Shown: positions 25,577 to 36,524, numbered from the stretch's first letter. The stretch: DNA of 64,000 nucleotides from an uncultured Spartobacteria bacterium (GCA_938011325.1 CALLUD010000002.1:39367-103366); one strand, 5' to 3'. The notes: generated by a model from the sequence alone, not told the origin. Made by a program: numbers and translations.

Positions 25577-26631
25577 TTGCGGACGCTTCGGGTCTCGAGG
25601 AACTGCTCGACCGGATCGGGGATTTGCCGGTCATCGCACTCGATACCGAGGCGGACAGTCTTCATTGCTATTTCGAAAAGCTCTGCCTGATCCAGCTGAG
25701 CACGCCGCATGAGAACGTGCTCATCGATCCGCTGGCGGATGTGCCCTTGCAGCCGCTGCTGGATGCGGTGACGGACAAGCGTCTCGTGTTTCACGGTGCG
25801 GACTACGATCTTCGATTGCTGCGGCGGATCGGCCACTTTGAGCCGCGCGACATTTTCGACACGATGATCGCGTCGCGCCTGTGCGGATCGGACCAGCTCG
25901 GGCTCGCGGCGCTGGTCGAGCGGCATTTCGGAACGAAGCTTTCGAAGTCCTCGCAGAAGGCGAACTGGGCGCGGCGCCCGCTCCCGCAGGAGATGATCGA
26001 TTACGCGATCAACGATACGCGGTATTTGCTGCCCTTGTGCGAATTGATCGAGGCGGAGCTGCATCGTCTCCAGCGCTGGGAGTGGTTCATCGAATCCCGG
26101 GACCGCATGGTTGCCGCCTCGCGCGAAGTGCGGGAGCGTGACAACGAGACGGTGTGGAGAATCGCCGGTTCATCCCGATTGAGCCCGCGTGCTCAGTCGG
26201 TGTTGCGTGTGCTGTGGTTCTGGCGCGACACGGAGGCGCGCTCGTGGAATCGTCCACCGTTCCACGTGATGAGCAACAACGATCTCCTGCGGATCGCGGA
26301 AGCCGCCGCCGCCGAGCGGCCGTTCTCGACGCCGCGCATGGCAAATCGCCGCCGTCGCAGTTTCGAAGTTGCGCTCGCGCTCGCGCTGCAGATCCCCGAG
26401 GAGGAGTGGCCGAAGATGGAGCGCAAGCGGGGCAAGCGGCGGACGCAGGAGCAATTGCGCCGGTTCGAGGAACTCAAGGCCGTGCGGGATCGGATCGCGA
26501 AGGAGATCAATATCGACCCGGCCATCCTCGCTCCGCGCGGTGCGCTCGAAGCAGTGAGCATCGATCCCATGACCCCGGCGCTGATGAACTGGCAGCGACG
26601 GCTTCTCAATCTCGAGCCACTGCCGGCATGA
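25573..26631 (+). CDS. rnd: ribonuclease D (3'-5' exonuclease + HRDC)
   Basis: IALDTEADSLHCYFEKLCLIQLS, GADYDLRLL and YAINDTRYLL. The TTG start overlaps the nuoC stop. Confidence 0.85.
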   Translation: MIADASGLEELLDRIGDLPVIALDTEADSLHCYFEKLCLIQLSTPHENVLIDPLADVPLQPLLDAVTDKRLVFHGADYDLRLLRRIGHFEPRDIFDTMIASRLCGSDQLGLAALVERHFGTKLSKSSQKANWARRPLPQEMIDYAINDTRYLLPLCELIEAELHRLQRWEWFIESRDRMVAASREVRERDNETVWRIAGSSRLSPRAQSVLRVLWFWRDTEARSWNRPPFHVMSNNDLLRIAEAAAAERPFSTPRMANRRRRSFEVALALALQIPEEEWPKMERKRGKRRTQEQLRRFEELKAVRDRIAKEINIDPAILAPRGALEAVSIDPMTPALMNWQRRLLNLEPLPA

Positions 26632-27455
26632 GCGACCTCATCGATCTCGCGCTGCGCGAAGACATCGGCGGGGGGGATGTAACGGTCCGGTTTTTCACCG
26701 ATCCATCGCGAACAGCCCGGGCCTCGATCGTTGCGCGGGTGGATTGCGTAGCGGCCGGGCTGGAGGTTGCGGAGGAGGTTTTTCGCAGGGTGGATGAGCG
26801 GCTCGATGTTGGGCCGCTTTGTGCGAATGGCGACGTGGTTTCGGCAGGGAGCGCGGTGCTGGAGGTTGAGGGCTCGCTTGGATCAATTCTCACGGCCGAG
26901 CGGACGGCGCTGAACTTTCTGCAACGTTTGTTTGCGGTTGCGACGGTGACGCGCCGATACGTCGATGCCATTGCAGGAACGGGCTGCCGGTTGCTGGACA
27001 CGCGGAAGACGACGCCGGGTTTCCGGGAGCTGGAAAAGGCGGCGGTGCGCGCCGGCGGCGGGACGAACCACCGCATGGGCCTGCACGACATGGTGATGGT
27101 GAAGGACAATCATCTCGCCGGAGGGATGGATCCCGCGACGCTCGCGGAGGGTGTGCAAAGGGCGAAGCGCGAGGGATTCCGCGTCGAGGTCGAGGCCGAC
27201 ACCCTCGAACAGGCGCGCGCATTTTTTTCCATTCCGGGAATCGACGTGGTCCTGCTGGACAACATGGCAATCGACGAGATGCGCGAGGCGGTGGCGGCGC
27301 GACCGGCTGGCGTGCAACTCGAGGCGAGCGGTGGCATCACGCTTGAGAACATCCGGGAGGTCGCGGAGACAGGGGTGGACTTCGTGTCGATCGGTGCGCT
27401 GACCCATTCCGCGCCGTCGATCGATCTCTCGCTCGAGATCACCGAACATGCCTGA
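26628..27455 (+). CDS. nadC: nicotinate-nucleotide pyrophosphorylase (carboxylating)
   Basis: ALREDIGGGDVT, LLDTRKTTPGFRELEKAAV and MVKDNH. ATGA overlap with rnd. Confidence 0.93.
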   Translation: MSDLIDLALREDIGGGDVTVRFFTDPSRTARASIVARVDCVAAGLEVAEEVFRRVDERLDVGPLCANGDVVSAGSAVLEVEGSLGSILTAERTALNFLQRLFAVATVTRRYVDAIAGTGCRLLDTRKTTPGFRELEKAAVRAGGGTNHRMGLHDMVMVKDNHLAGGMDPATLAEGVQRAKREGFRVEVEADTLEQARAFFSIPGIDVVLLDNMAIDEMREAVAARPAGVQLEASGGITLENIREVAETGVDFVSIGALTHSAPSIDLSLEITEHA

Positions 27456-28083
27456 TCTCGACAAGGATCGCATCGTGGAGGGATGGAGCCCGGTTCGGGT
27501 CGGGCGGCGATTGATCGTGCTGCGCGAAACGGAATCCACGAACGATGTCGTTCAGCGCGCGGCGCTGGCCGGCGAGCCGGAAGGCTTTGTGGCTTTTGCA
27601 GAGACCCAGACGCGGGGACGGGGACAATACGCCCGGCGGTGGGAGTCGGCAGCGGGACTGGGCCTTTGGTTTTCCTGCCTTCTTCGTCCGCGGTGGCCAT
27701 TGGGACGGCTGCCGGAAATGACGCCGCTGGTGGCCGTGGCGGTTGCGAATGCGATGAAGGTGCACGCGCGGTCGGGGATTCGCATCAAGCCGCCCAACGA
27801 CATCCATTGCGCCGGAAGGAAGCTTGCCGGAATCCTCAGCGAAGCGCGGACGGGAAACGACGTCTTCGTGGTCGTCGGCATCGGGATCAACATCAATCAT
27901 GCTGAGCAGGATTTTCCCGCGGAGTTGCGAGGGACGGCGACATCGCTCGCGATGGAAACGGGCGCGATCCAGGACCGGGACCGGGTTGCGGCCAGTGTGT
28001 TGCAGGCGATTGACAGCTATTACGATCCGGACGTTCCGCCGGGACTGGACGTGCAAAAGGAGTATGCCGATCTTTCGCGTTGA
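27448..28083 (+). CDS. birA: biotin--[acetyl-CoA-carboxylase] ligase (no N-terminal HTH)
   Basis: ETESTND and AETQTRGRGQYARRW, then KPPNDI. 8-nt overlap with nadC. Confidence 0.88.
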   Translation: MPDLDKDRIVEGWSPVRVGRRLIVLRETESTNDVVQRAALAGEPEGFVAFAETQTRGRGQYARRWESAAGLGLWFSCLLRPRWPLGRLPEMTPLVAVAVANAMKVHARSGIRIKPPNDIHCAGRKLAGILSEARTGNDVFVVVGIGININHAEQDFPAELRGTATSLAMETGAIQDRDRVAASVLQAIDSYYDPDVPPGLDVQKEYADLSR

Positions 28084-28106
28084 AGGATCTGTGGTAGTTT
28101 CCCGCG

Positions 28107-29396
28107 ATGAAAATGCGTTTGTTCCTCTCAACCGCGCTTGCGCTGGCGATGGGCGCCACGCTTTCGACGGCGCAGACGGAGCCGGCTGTGAAAAAGGCGG
28201 AGCCGGTCGAGGAGGATTCGCCCTACGAGAACATGCATGTGCTCGCGCGGGCGATGCAGCTCATTCGGCAGGACTATGTCGATGAGAGCAAGGTGAGCTA
28301 TCGCGACCTTACCTATGGCGCGCTGCGGGGGATGCTCGCGGAGCTTGATCCCCACAGCGCGTTCATGGACCCCGAGGATTTCAAGGGGATGCAGGAGGAC
28401 ACGAGGAGCGAATTCGGCGGCCTCGGCGTGACGGTCACGACGAAGGACGGTCTCCTCACAATCATATCGGTGGCCGAAGGCACGCCGGGATTCGAGGCCG
28501 GCATTCTGCCCGGTGACCAGATTCGCAAGATCAACGGCACGTCAACGGATCGCATGGCGATGAGTGAGGCGGTGGAAATGTTGCGTGGAGAGCCGGGTGA
28601 AAAAGTGACGATCACCGTCTCGCGTCCGCGGACAAAGGAGGTGCTCGATTTCACCATTGCGCGCGGTGTCATCAAGGTGCCAAGCGTGGTCGACGCAACG
28701 ATCCTGCCGGAGAACCGGACGGGAGGCCGGAAGGTCGGTTACTTGCGGCTTACGCAATTCAACGAGCCTACGGCGTCGGAGTTGAGGGATGCGCTCGACA
28801 AGCTCGATGAGCAGGGAATGGAGGCGCTGATTCTCGATCTTCGCTTCAACCCCGGTGGTCTTCTCAGCAGCGCCGTCGACGTGTGCTCGCAATTTCTGCC
28901 GCCGAATACGCGCGTCGTTTACACGGAAGGCCGTTCGCCGACCCGCGAGTATTTCACGAAGTCCGTGCCCGGAGGTCCGCGAAAATACCCCATGGCAATT
29001 CTGATCAACAGCTCTAGCGCCAGCGGCTCGGAGATCGTTGCCGGCGCGCTGAAGGATTTGAAGCGTGCGATCCTCGTGGGTGAGACAACCTTTGGGAAAG
29101 GCTCGGTGCAAAGCGTGGTCTCGCTGCCGGACGGATCCGCGATGCGATTCACCACGGCGAAGTATTACACGCCCGGGCAGCAGCCCATTCACGAGCATGG
29201 TGTCGAGCCGGACATTCGTTGCGCAATGACTCTCGAGGAGGAGGCGCAGCTTTACACCGCACGTCGGCGCAAGGCGCTGCCCGGCTGGAGCGAGACCGAA
29301 ATCAGCTTCGAGGACCGCCAGCTCGACCGCGCGATCGATGCGCTTTCGGGGGTGCTGCTTTATGCGGATCGCGAAAAGCCGCCGGGCAAGGGATAA
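28107..29396 (+). CDS. ctpA: S41 carboxyl-terminal processing protease with PDZ domain
   Basis: Signal peptide, PDZ (GILPGDQIRKING), and S41 core LDLRFNPGGLL and TFGKGSVQ. Confidence 0.9.
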   Translation: MKMRLFLSTALALAMGATLSTAQTEPAVKKAEPVEEDSPYENMHVLARAMQLIRQDYVDESKVSYRDLTYGALRGMLAELDPHSAFMDPEDFKGMQEDTRSEFGGLGVTVTTKDGLLTIISVAEGTPGFEAGILPGDQIRKINGTSTDRMAMSEAVEMLRGEPGEKVTITVSRPRTKEVLDFTIARGVIKVPSVVDATILPENRTGGRKVGYLRLTQFNEPTASELRDALDKLDEQGMEALILDLRFNPGGLLSSAVDVCSQFLPPNTRVVYTEGRSPTREYFTKSVPGGPRKYPMAILINSSSASGSEIVAGALKDLKRAILVGETTFGKGSVQSVVSLPDGSAMRFTTAKYYTPGQQPIHEHGVEPDIRCAMTLEEEAQLYTARRRKALPGWSETEISFEDRQLDRAIDALSGVLLYADREKPPGKG

Positions 29397-30418
29397 TGGC
29401 GACGATACTGGCGATCGAGTCATCCTGCGACGAGACGGCGGTGGCGATCCTCCGCGGATTCGACGAGTTGCTCGCAACAACGGTCCTGTCGCAGGCTGGC
29501 ATGCATTCCCAATACGGCGGAGTGGTGCCGGAGGTGGCTTCCCGAAACCATCTCGCGGCGCTGCCCGGTCTTGTGCGGCACGCGCTTTCCGAGGCGCGAA
29601 TTTCCCTCGACGAGGTGGACGTCTTTGCGGCCACGGCGGGTCCGGGCCTCCCGACGGCATTGCTCGTGGGCATGGCGCATGCGAAGGCGCTGGCCATCGG
29701 TTGCGGCAGACCGTTCCTCGCGATCGACCACGTGCAGGGGCACATGTTCTCGCCGTTTTTCGGGAGCGGTGAAATTCCTCCGCACATCGGCCTGGTCGTC
29801 AGCGGCGGCCATACGCTTCTCGTGGATGTCGCTGCGTTTGACGAGGTGACGCTGCTTGGTTCGACGCTCGACGATGCAGCCGGAGAGGCCTTCGACAAAG
29901 TCGCGAAGCTGCTTGGGCTCGGCTACCCCGGCGGAATCGAGATCGAGCGGCTTGCGCGCGAGGGAGACGCCGCGCGATACGAATTTCCCCGGAGCATGCT
30001 GCACTCGGGTGACTATCGATTCAGCTTCAGCGGACTCAAGACCTCGGTCCGCTACCTGCTCGAGCGCGAGGAGGTGAGCAGGGAAGACGTCTGCGCGTCC
30101 TTTCAGCAGGCCGTGATTGACGTGCTCACGACGAAGACGATTCGCGCCGCGAAGGAGCGGGGACGATCGCTGATCGCGTTGAGCGGAGGTGTCAGCTCGA
30201 ATACGAGCCTGCAGCAGTGTATGCGCCGCGCCGCAGAGGCGGAGGGCATTGATCTCCGGGTGGCGGATCCCTCGTTGCGCACCGACAACGCCGCGATGAT
30301 CGCCTATCTCGCAGCGCTCCGGCACGCGCATGGAGCCTCGGACGAGATGGCGGCGGATATCTTTCCATCGTTCGATATCGCGAGACTGCGCGCAGAGGAG
30401 TCCGTCGGGCACGTTTGA
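29396..30418 (+). CDS. tsaD: tRNA N6-adenosine threonylcarbamoyltransferase
   Basis: ILAIESSCDETAVAI...IDHVQGH...SGGVSSN. TAATG junction with ctpA. Confidence 0.95.
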   Translation: MATILAIESSCDETAVAILRGFDELLATTVLSQAGMHSQYGGVVPEVASRNHLAALPGLVRHALSEARISLDEVDVFAATAGPGLPTALLVGMAHAKALAIGCGRPFLAIDHVQGHMFSPFFGSGEIPPHIGLVVSGGHTLLVDVAAFDEVTLLGSTLDDAAGEAFDKVAKLLGLGYPGGIEIERLAREGDAARYEFPRSMLHSGDYRFSFSGLKTSVRYLLEREEVSREDVCASFQQAVIDVLTTKTIRAAKERGRSLIALSGGVSSNTSLQQCMRRAAEAEGIDLRVADPSLRTDNAAMIAYLAALRHAHGASDEMAADIFPSFDIARLRAEESVGHV

Positions 30419-30450
30419 ACAAATCCGACTCCGCTGCGTCTAATGGGTAA

Positions 30451-30900
30451 ATGAAAACACTCCCCTTACTCGCCGCTGTTGTCGCCTTCTGGTCAGGAAT
30501 CGCCCTCGCCGCCGATGAAAAATCCGCCTGGATGACCGATTACGAGGCCGCCGTCGCGGAGGCCAAGGCAACCGGAAAACCCGTGCTGGCCGACTTCACC
30601 GGTTCCGACTGGTGTGGCTGGTGCATCAAGCTCTCCAAGGAGACGTTCGATCAACCCAAGTTCCTCGAGTATGCGAAAGACCATCTCGTGCTCCTCGAAC
30701 TCGACTACCCGAACGGGAAAGAGCAGAGCGAGGCCGTAAAGAAACAAAACGCCGAGTTGTCGGAGAAATTCAAGATTCAGGGATTCCCGACGCTGGTGCT
30801 GATTGATGGGGATGGCAAGGAGATCGCACGCCATGTCGGGTATCTTGCCGGCGGCCCTGATGCGATGATCGAGTGGATCAAGAAATCCACCGAGGGCTGA
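30451..30900 (+). CDS. secreted thioredoxin-fold protein
   Basis: Signal peptide ...GIALA; FTGSDWCGWC active-site-like motif; FPTLVLID. Confidence 0.8.
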   Translation: MKTLPLLAAVVAFWSGIALAADEKSAWMTDYEAAVAEAKATGKPVLADFTGSDWCGWCIKLSKETFDQPKFLEYAKDHLVLLELDYPNGKEQSEAVKKQNAELSEKFKIQGFPTLVLIDGDGKEIARHVGYLAGGPDAMIEWIKKSTEG

Positions 30901-31575
30901 TCAAGCTTTCCCTTTGCGGCCCACAGCCGCGGCCCGAGTGCCCACTTTGAAGGCACTCGGGCACAAGTCCGCCAGCGCGCAGCCGGCGCAGTTTGGATTT
31001 CGCGCGAAGCAGACACGCCGGCCATGGAAGATCAGCCAGTGGCTGAGATCCGCCCAATGGTTTCGCGGAAACAGCTTCATCAAATCCGCTTCGATCTTCA
31101 CCGGGTCCTTGTGTCGCGTGAGTCCAAGCCTGTTCGAGAGCCGCGTGACATGGGTGTCGACCACGACGCCAACGTTGATCTGAAAGGCGTTGCCAAGGAC
31201 GACGTTTGCGGTTTTTCGCCCGACTCCCGGCAGGGCGGTCAATTCCTCCATCGTTCGCGGCACCTCGCCATGATGCTGCTCCACGATGCGGGCGGCCGCG
31301 CCTCGAATGGACTTCGCCTTGCTTCGAAAGAAGCCGGTTGTCCGGATGAGCTCCTCGAGTTCCTCCGGCGAAATTTCCGCGAAGTCTTTCGCGGTGCGGC
31401 AGCGGGCAAATAATGCGGGAGTGACGAGGTTGACCCGCTTGTCGGTGCATTGCGCCGAAAGGATGGTCGCCACGAGGAGCTGCAGCGGATTCTTGAAGTC
31501 GAGCTCGCAGTGCGCGTCGGGATACATTTCCGGAAGCCGGCGGCAAAGTTCGGCGGCGCGTTCGGTGCAGGTCAT
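30901..31575 (-). CDS. nth: endonuclease III
   Basis: HhH LPGVGRKTANVVL and an [4Fe-4S] loop CFARNPNCAGCALADLC. The internal M start (MTCTERAAEL) is preferred over 31650. Confidence 0.92.
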   Translation of the reverse strand: MTCTERAAELCRRLPEMYPDAHCELDFKNPLQLLVATILSAQCTDKRVNLVTPALFARCRTAKDFAEISPEELEELIRTTGFFRSKAKSIRGAAARIVEQHHGEVPRTMEELTALPGVGRKTANVVLGNAFQINVGVVVDTHVTRLSNRLGLTRHKDPVKIEADLMKLFPRNHWADLSHWLIFHGRRVCFARNPNCAGCALADLCPSAFKVGTRAAAVGRKGKA

Positions 31576-31705
31576 CGGGCGGAGATTCTTCCGTAGGGGA
31601 TTTGCGGGAACGGGGTCAAGCGACTTGACCGAGGCGGCCGGCCCCGGCATAGTTTCCAGTTCCGCCGCAAGGCTCCGACTTTCCTACGAACTGACTCCGA
31701 TCTGT

Positions 31706-32971
31706 ATGAACGCTGAAATGCTCACCATGCTCGATTATCTCGAGCGCGAAAGAGGGATCAGCCGCGACGTTCTCGTCGAGGCGATCTCGGGCGCCCTTTT
31801 GACCGCCTCGAAAAAGTCTTTCGCGACGGCACGTGAGCTGCGGATCGACATCAATCCCAAGACCGGGGACATCCGCGCTTTTGCCCGCCCGATCGTGGTC
31901 GAGAAGGTGGAGAATCAGCACGACGAGATTTCGCTGGCGAAAGCCCGCCAGATCAACCCGGATGCCAAGGTTGGCGACGAACTCGAGATCGAGGTGACGC
32001 CGAAGGATTTCGGCCGCATCGCGGCGCAGACCGCGCGACAGGCGATCATGCAGCGCATTCGCCAGATCGAGAAGGACATGATCTACGAGGAATTCAAGGA
32101 TCGTGCCGGCGAGATCGTCAGCGGAACGGTGCGCCGCTTCGAGCGCTCGGACGTGATTATTGATCTCGGCCGTTTCGAGGCCGTGATGCCGGCGCGGGAG
32201 CGCGTTCCGACCGAGGAATACAGCATCGGTGATCGTATTCGTGCCTATGTCGTCGCCGTCGAGAATGGCGCCCGCGGGCCGGAGATCATTCTTTCGCGCA
32301 GCCATCCGAATTTTGTCCGCCGCCTGTTCGAGGTGGAGGTCAGTGAAATTGCCGACCGCACCGTGGAGCTCAAGGCCATCGCCCGCGAGGCCGGCGCCCG
32401 CACGAAGGTCGCGGTGCACAGTTCGGACGACAAGGTTGACCCGGTCGGCGCCTGTGTCGGCATGCGTGGTGCTCGCGTGAAGAACATCGTGCGCGAGCTC
32501 AACAACGAGAAGGTCGACATCATTCGCTGGACGCCGGATCCGGTGGAGCTCGTCAAGGAGGCGCTCAAGCCGGCGAAGATTTTGAGCATCCAGCTCAACG
32601 AGGCGGAGAAACGGATCTCCGTGACGGTGGGCAAGGAGGAACTCTCCCAGGCCATTGGTCGCCGCGGGCAGAACGCCCGCCTCACCGCCAAGCTCACGGG
32701 CTGGGACATCGATATTCAGGAAGACAAGAGCAAGGAGGAGGCCTTCGAGAGCCAGAAGGCGCAGGCCGCACACTCGCTTGAAGACCAGCTTGGGGTGACC
32801 CCCGAGCAGGCAGACAAATTGACCAAGAGCGGAATGAACGCTATCGACGTAATCGTGCTGTGCGCGCCGGAGGATATCGCCGGGGTGCTCGAGTGCGATC
32901 AAGAGACGGCCGAGCGCATTCTCGCCGCTGCCAAGGAGCAGTCCGAAAAGTCCGGCGCAGGCGCTTCCTAG
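31706..32971 (+). CDS. nusA: transcription termination/antitermination factor NusA
   Basis: MLDYLERERGIS N-terminus, S1 domain, and KH motif IGRRGQNARL. Confidence 0.96.
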   Translation: MNAEMLTMLDYLERERGISRDVLVEAISGALLTASKKSFATARELRIDINPKTGDIRAFARPIVVEKVENQHDEISLAKARQINPDAKVGDELEIEVTPKDFGRIAAQTARQAIMQRIRQIEKDMIYEEFKDRAGEIVSGTVRRFERSDVIIDLGRFEAVMPARERVPTEEYSIGDRIRAYVVAVENGARGPEIILSRSHPNFVRRLFEVEVSEIADRTVELKAIAREAGARTKVAVHSSDDKVDPVGACVGMRGARVKNIVRELNNEKVDIIRWTPDPVELVKEALKPAKILSIQLNEAEKRISVTVGKEELSQAIGRRGQNARLTAKLTGWDIDIQEDKSKEEAFESQKAQAAHSLEDQLGVTPEQADKLTKSGMNAIDVIVLCAPEDIAGVLECDQETAERILAAAKEQSEKSGAGAS

Positions 32972-33010
32972 TCGGTCCGATGAGCGCGCGCCTGCCCAAC
33001 CAAAAATTCA

Positions 33011-35134
33011 ATGCCATCCAAAGTCAGCAACACCAAGACCGAGTCGAAGTCGCCAAAATCCAAACGCGGCGCTTCCTCGGCATCCTCGTCCAAGGCCAAA
33101 ACAGGTGAATCCTCTGCGGAGGAGACCACTCCGCGTCCACCGGCCGAGGCGTTGTCGCTGATCGATCCGAAGAAGAAGAAAGTCCGCAAACCCGGCGACC
33201 CCGCGAAGAAGAAGGTCGCTCTGCCGCCAATCAGCAAGATTGCCGGCCCGAAGCCTCCCAAGGAGGAGCCCGTTGAGCCGGAGCAGCCCGCAGCCGCCGG
33301 TGAAGATACCGCCGGGGAGAGCCCCGCTGAGACGGACGCCAACAACGGTCGCAAGGTCGTGCACCTCAAGCCGCCGATCATCGTCAAGGAACTTGCCGAG
33401 CAGCTTGGGCTGAAGCCGTTCCAGCTGATCGCGGACCTGATGGAGCTGAACATTTTCGCGGCGATCAACCAGGCCATCGAGCCGGATGTGGCCGCGCAGG
33501 TTTGCGAACGGCATGGTGCGATTTTCGAACGCGAGAAGCGCCAGTCCGGTGGCGGCGTTCACAAGGTGGAGGAAGTCATTGTCGAGCCTCCGCCGCCGCC
33601 CGTGGAGGAGGAGGTTTCCGAACTCCAGCCGCGTCCGCCGATCGTAACCATGATGGGTCACGTCGACCACGGAAAGACCTCGCTGCTCGACGCGATTCGC
33701 AAGTCGCGCGTCGCGGCCGGGGAGGCCGGTGGCATCACCCAGCATATCGGCGCCTACAGCGTGCCGCGTCCGGATGGCACGAGCATCACGTTCCTCGACA
33801 CGCCGGGTCACGCCGCGTTTACGGCGATGCGCGCCCGCGGCGCGAATGTCACGGACATTGTCATTCTGGTCGTGGCCGCGGATGACGGCCTCATGCCGCA
33901 GTCGATTGAGGCGATCAACCACGCCAAGGCGGCGAAGGTGACGATCATGGTCGCGATCAACAAGATCGACCTGCCGGGAGCGAACCCGGACAAGGTGAAA
34001 TCGCAGCTGCAGGAGCACGGACTCACCCCCGAGGATTGGGGTGGTGAGACGATTTGCTGCGAAGTTTCCGCGACCAAGGGGACGGGCATCGACAATCTTC
34101 TCGAAAACCTCGCCATCCAGGCCGAAGTGCTGGAGCTGAAGGCGAACCCGCGAGCGGACGCCCGTTGCACGGTGATCGAAGCGCAGGTCGAGCCCGGCCG
34201 CGGACCGACGGCGACCGTCATTGTGACGACCGGAACGCTGAAGGTCGGCCAGCCTTTCATCTGTGGCAATTACTGGGGAAAGGTGAAGCAGCTCCTCAAC
34301 GACTACGGAAAACCTGTCAAGGAAGCCGGCCCGGCCACGCCGGTGAAGGTGCTCGGATTCAGCGGGCTTGTTTCCGCGGGCGACGAGCTGGTCGTGATGG
34401 ACTCCGATCGCAAGGCTCGTGCGTTGAGTGAGGAGCGTCTGGAAGCGCTTCGCACGGAGAAGCTCGCCGCGCCGAAGCGGGCGACGTTGGAGAATCTTTT
34501 CGAAAGTCTCGCCGCCGAGCAGGCGAAGGTTTTGCAGATCGTGCTCAAGGCCGATGTGCAGGGTTCGCTCGAGGCGATCACGGCGTCTCTCGGCGAAATC
34601 AAGAGCGACAAGATATCCCTCGAGATCATCCACGGAGCGGTGGGGCCGGTTACGGAATCGGACGTTCTGCTCGCGACCGCGTCGAACGCGATCGTTGTGG
34701 GATTCGGCGTGAAGGTCGAGAGCAGCGCCTCCGCGATGGCGAAGCGCGAGGGCATCCAGATCAAGCTCTTCAGCATCATTTATGAGTTGATCGACCAGAT
34801 CAAAGAGGCGATGGCCGGGATGCTCGATCCCGAGCTTCGCGAGACGATTGTCGGCCATGCGGAGGTCAAGCAGGTCTTCAACCTCTCGAAGGGGAAGGTG
34901 GCCGGCTGCCTCGTGCAGGATGGACGCATTCCGCGTTCCGCGCGTGCCCGCGTGCTGCGCCGCCGCCAGCCGATTTACGACGGCGGAATCGCGACGCTGC
35001 GCCGCTTCCAGGACGAGGTCAAGGAAGTGCGCGCGGGTCTGGAGTGCGGCATTCGACTTGGCGATTTTCACGAATACGAAGTGGGCGACATTATCGAGGC
35101 CTACAATCTCGAGAAGGTCCCGCAGACGCTCTGA
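33011..35134 (+). CDS. infB: translation initiation factor IF-2
   Basis: [17 protein letters not shown] and NKID, with a low-complexity Lys/Pro/Glu N-terminus. Confidence 0.98.
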   Translation: MPSKVSNTKTESKSPKSKRGASSASSSKAKTGESSAEETTPRPPAEALSLIDPKKKKVRKPGDPAKKKVALPPISKIAGPKPPKEEPVEPEQPAAAGEDTAGESPAETDANNGRKVVHLKPPIIVKELAEQLGLKPFQLIADLMELNIFAAINQAIEPDVAAQVCERHGAIFEREKRQSGGGVHKVEEVIVEPPPPPVEEEVSELQPRPPIVTMMGHVDHGKTSLLDAIRKSRVAAGEAGGITQHIGAYSVPRPDGTSITFLDTPGHAAFTAMRARGANVTDIVILVVAADDGLMPQSIEAINHAKAAKVTIMVAINKIDLPGANPDKVKSQLQEHGLTPEDWGGETICCEVSATKGTGIDNLLENLAIQAEVLELKANPRADARCTVIEAQVEPGRGPTATVIVTTGTLKVGQPFICGNYWGKVKQLLNDYGKPVKEAGPATPVKVLGFSGLVSAGDELVVMDSDRKARALSEERLEALRTEKLAAPKRATLENLFESLAAEQAKVLQIVLKADVQGSLEAITASLGEIKSDKISLEIIHGAVGPVTESDVLLATASNAIVVGFGVKVESSASAMAKREGIQIKLFSIIYELIDQIKEAMAGMLDPELRETIVGHAEVKQVFNLSKGKVAGCLVQDGRIPRSARARVLRRRQPIYDGGIATLRRFQDEVKEVRAGLECGIRLGDFHEYEVGDIIEAYNLEKVPQTL

Positions 35135-35172
35135 CGGGCACCCACCCGTTCAGAGCCGACTCGAAAATTCCG

Positions 35173-35544
35173 ATGAAGCACCGGATTGCACGTGTCCGCG
35201 AGCTGCTTAAACGCGAGCTTGGCACGATCATGCAGCGTGAGCTGCGTTTCAGCGCCACGCTCGTAACGATCAACGACGTGGACATCACGCCCGATCTCAA
35301 GCAGGCGCATGTTTTCGTAAGCGTGATTGGAAACGACGTGCAGCGTCGCGACGCAATCGAGGTGCTCGAGCAAAACCGGGTGCTGCTGCAGCTGGAGGTT
35401 GCGAAGCGCGTCGTCCTCAAGAACACGCCCCACCTGAATTTCAAGCTCGACCAATCCATCGAGCGCGGGACGCGAGTGATCACGCTGATGGACGAGCTTG
35501 GCCTCGAGCCGGAGCCGGCCGACGAGGAGAGCGAAGACGAATGA
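35173..35544 (+). CDS. rbfA: ribosome-binding factor A
   Basis: RIARVRELLKRELGTIMQREL...HVFVSV. Confidence 0.92.
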   Translation: MKHRIARVRELLKRELGTIMQRELRFSATLVTINDVDITPDLKQAHVFVSVIGNDVQRRDAIEVLEQNRVLLQLEVAKRVVLKNTPHLNFKLDQSIERGTRVITLMDELGLEPEPADEESEDE

Positions 35545-36524
35545 ACCGCGACGCGACGTTCCAGGAAATCGCGTCGGCGCTCGAGCCCGCGAAATCCGTG
35601 CTGGTGGCAAGCCATCTGCGCCCCGACGGCGATGCACTCGGCTCGACGATCGCGTTTGCGCTGTGGCTGAAGGCGCAAGGCAAGGAGGTGACGGCGTGGA
35701 ACGAGAACGGTATTCCCGAGAAGTTTCGCTATCTCCCAAACTGCGAGATGGTGACCGAGCCGTCGGCGGAGCGCCGACGCTTCGACGCGTTCGTCGCGCT
35801 CGACAACTCAGTGATGAACCGGCTGGGCACGGTCCTCAACTCGGTCGAGATTCCCGACGTTTTCATCAACATCGACCACCATGTGAGCAACGAACGCTAC
35901 GGCTCGTTGAACTATGTGGACAGCGACTCTCCGGCCACCGGGCAGATCGTCTTTGAATTTCTCAGTGCGGTCGGGGCGAAGATCACTCCGGAGATTGCGG
36001 GGAATCTTTACGCGGCCATCGTGACGGACACGGGCTCGTTTCAATACACGAACACCACGGCGCGGACCTTCGAGGTCGCCGCCGAACTGGTGCGGGCGGG
36101 GGTCAATGTCGGCCGGCTCTCGCAGGAGATCTACGCGACCCAGCCACGGCGGCGGATCGAGCTGCTTCGGCACATTTTGAACGTGGCCCGGTTCACCTGC
36201 GACGATCGCATCGCGAGCTGCGTGCTCACGCGCGCGGATGCCCAGCGTCTGGGCACGACGCCGGACGACAACGAGGGCATCATCGACAATCTGCGCTCTG
36301 TCGACACGGTCGTGGCTGCCGTGTTTTTCGAGGAGATGCCGGATGGAAAGGTCCGGGTGAGTGCCCGGTCGAAGGATCCCCGCGTGGATGTCTGCAAGGT
36401 GTGCGCGGAGTTTGGCGGAGGCGGACACCCGCTCGCGGCGGGCGCACGAATCACCGGGCCGATCACCGAGGTCGAAGCAAAATTTTTGGAAACATTGTGC
36501 AATGCAGTCAGGCGGATCGATTGA
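35541..36524 (+). CDS. nrnA: DHH/DHHA1 phosphoesterase (NrnA-type oligoribonuclease/pAp phosphatase)
   Basis: SHLRPDGDALGS, NIDHHVSN and GGGGHPLAAGA. ATGA overlap with rbfA. Confidence 0.85.
   Translation: MNRDATFQEIASALEPAKSVLVASHLRPDGDALGSTIAFALWLKAQGKEVTAWNENGIPEKFRYLPNCEMVTEPSAERRRFDAFVALDNSVMNRLGTVLNSVEIPDVFINIDHHVSNERYGSLNYVDSDSPATGQIVFEFLSAVGAKITPEIAGNLYAAIVTDTGSFQYTNTTARTFEVAAELVRAGVNVGRLSQEIYATQPRRRIELLRHILNVARFTCDDRIASCVLTRADAQRLGTTPDDNEGIIDNLRSVDTVVAAVFFEEMPDGKVRVSARSKDPRVDVCKVCAEFGGGGHPLAAGARITGPITEVEAKFLETLCNAVRRID

Noticed and set aside
31614-31630. Perfect 7+3+7 palindrome GGTCAAGCGACTTGACC in the divergent nth/nusA region.
   Set aside because: Hairpins or palindromes with 7-bp arms are expected many times by chance in 64 kb. 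There is no second copy and no associated regulator gene, so it is noted only for its location.
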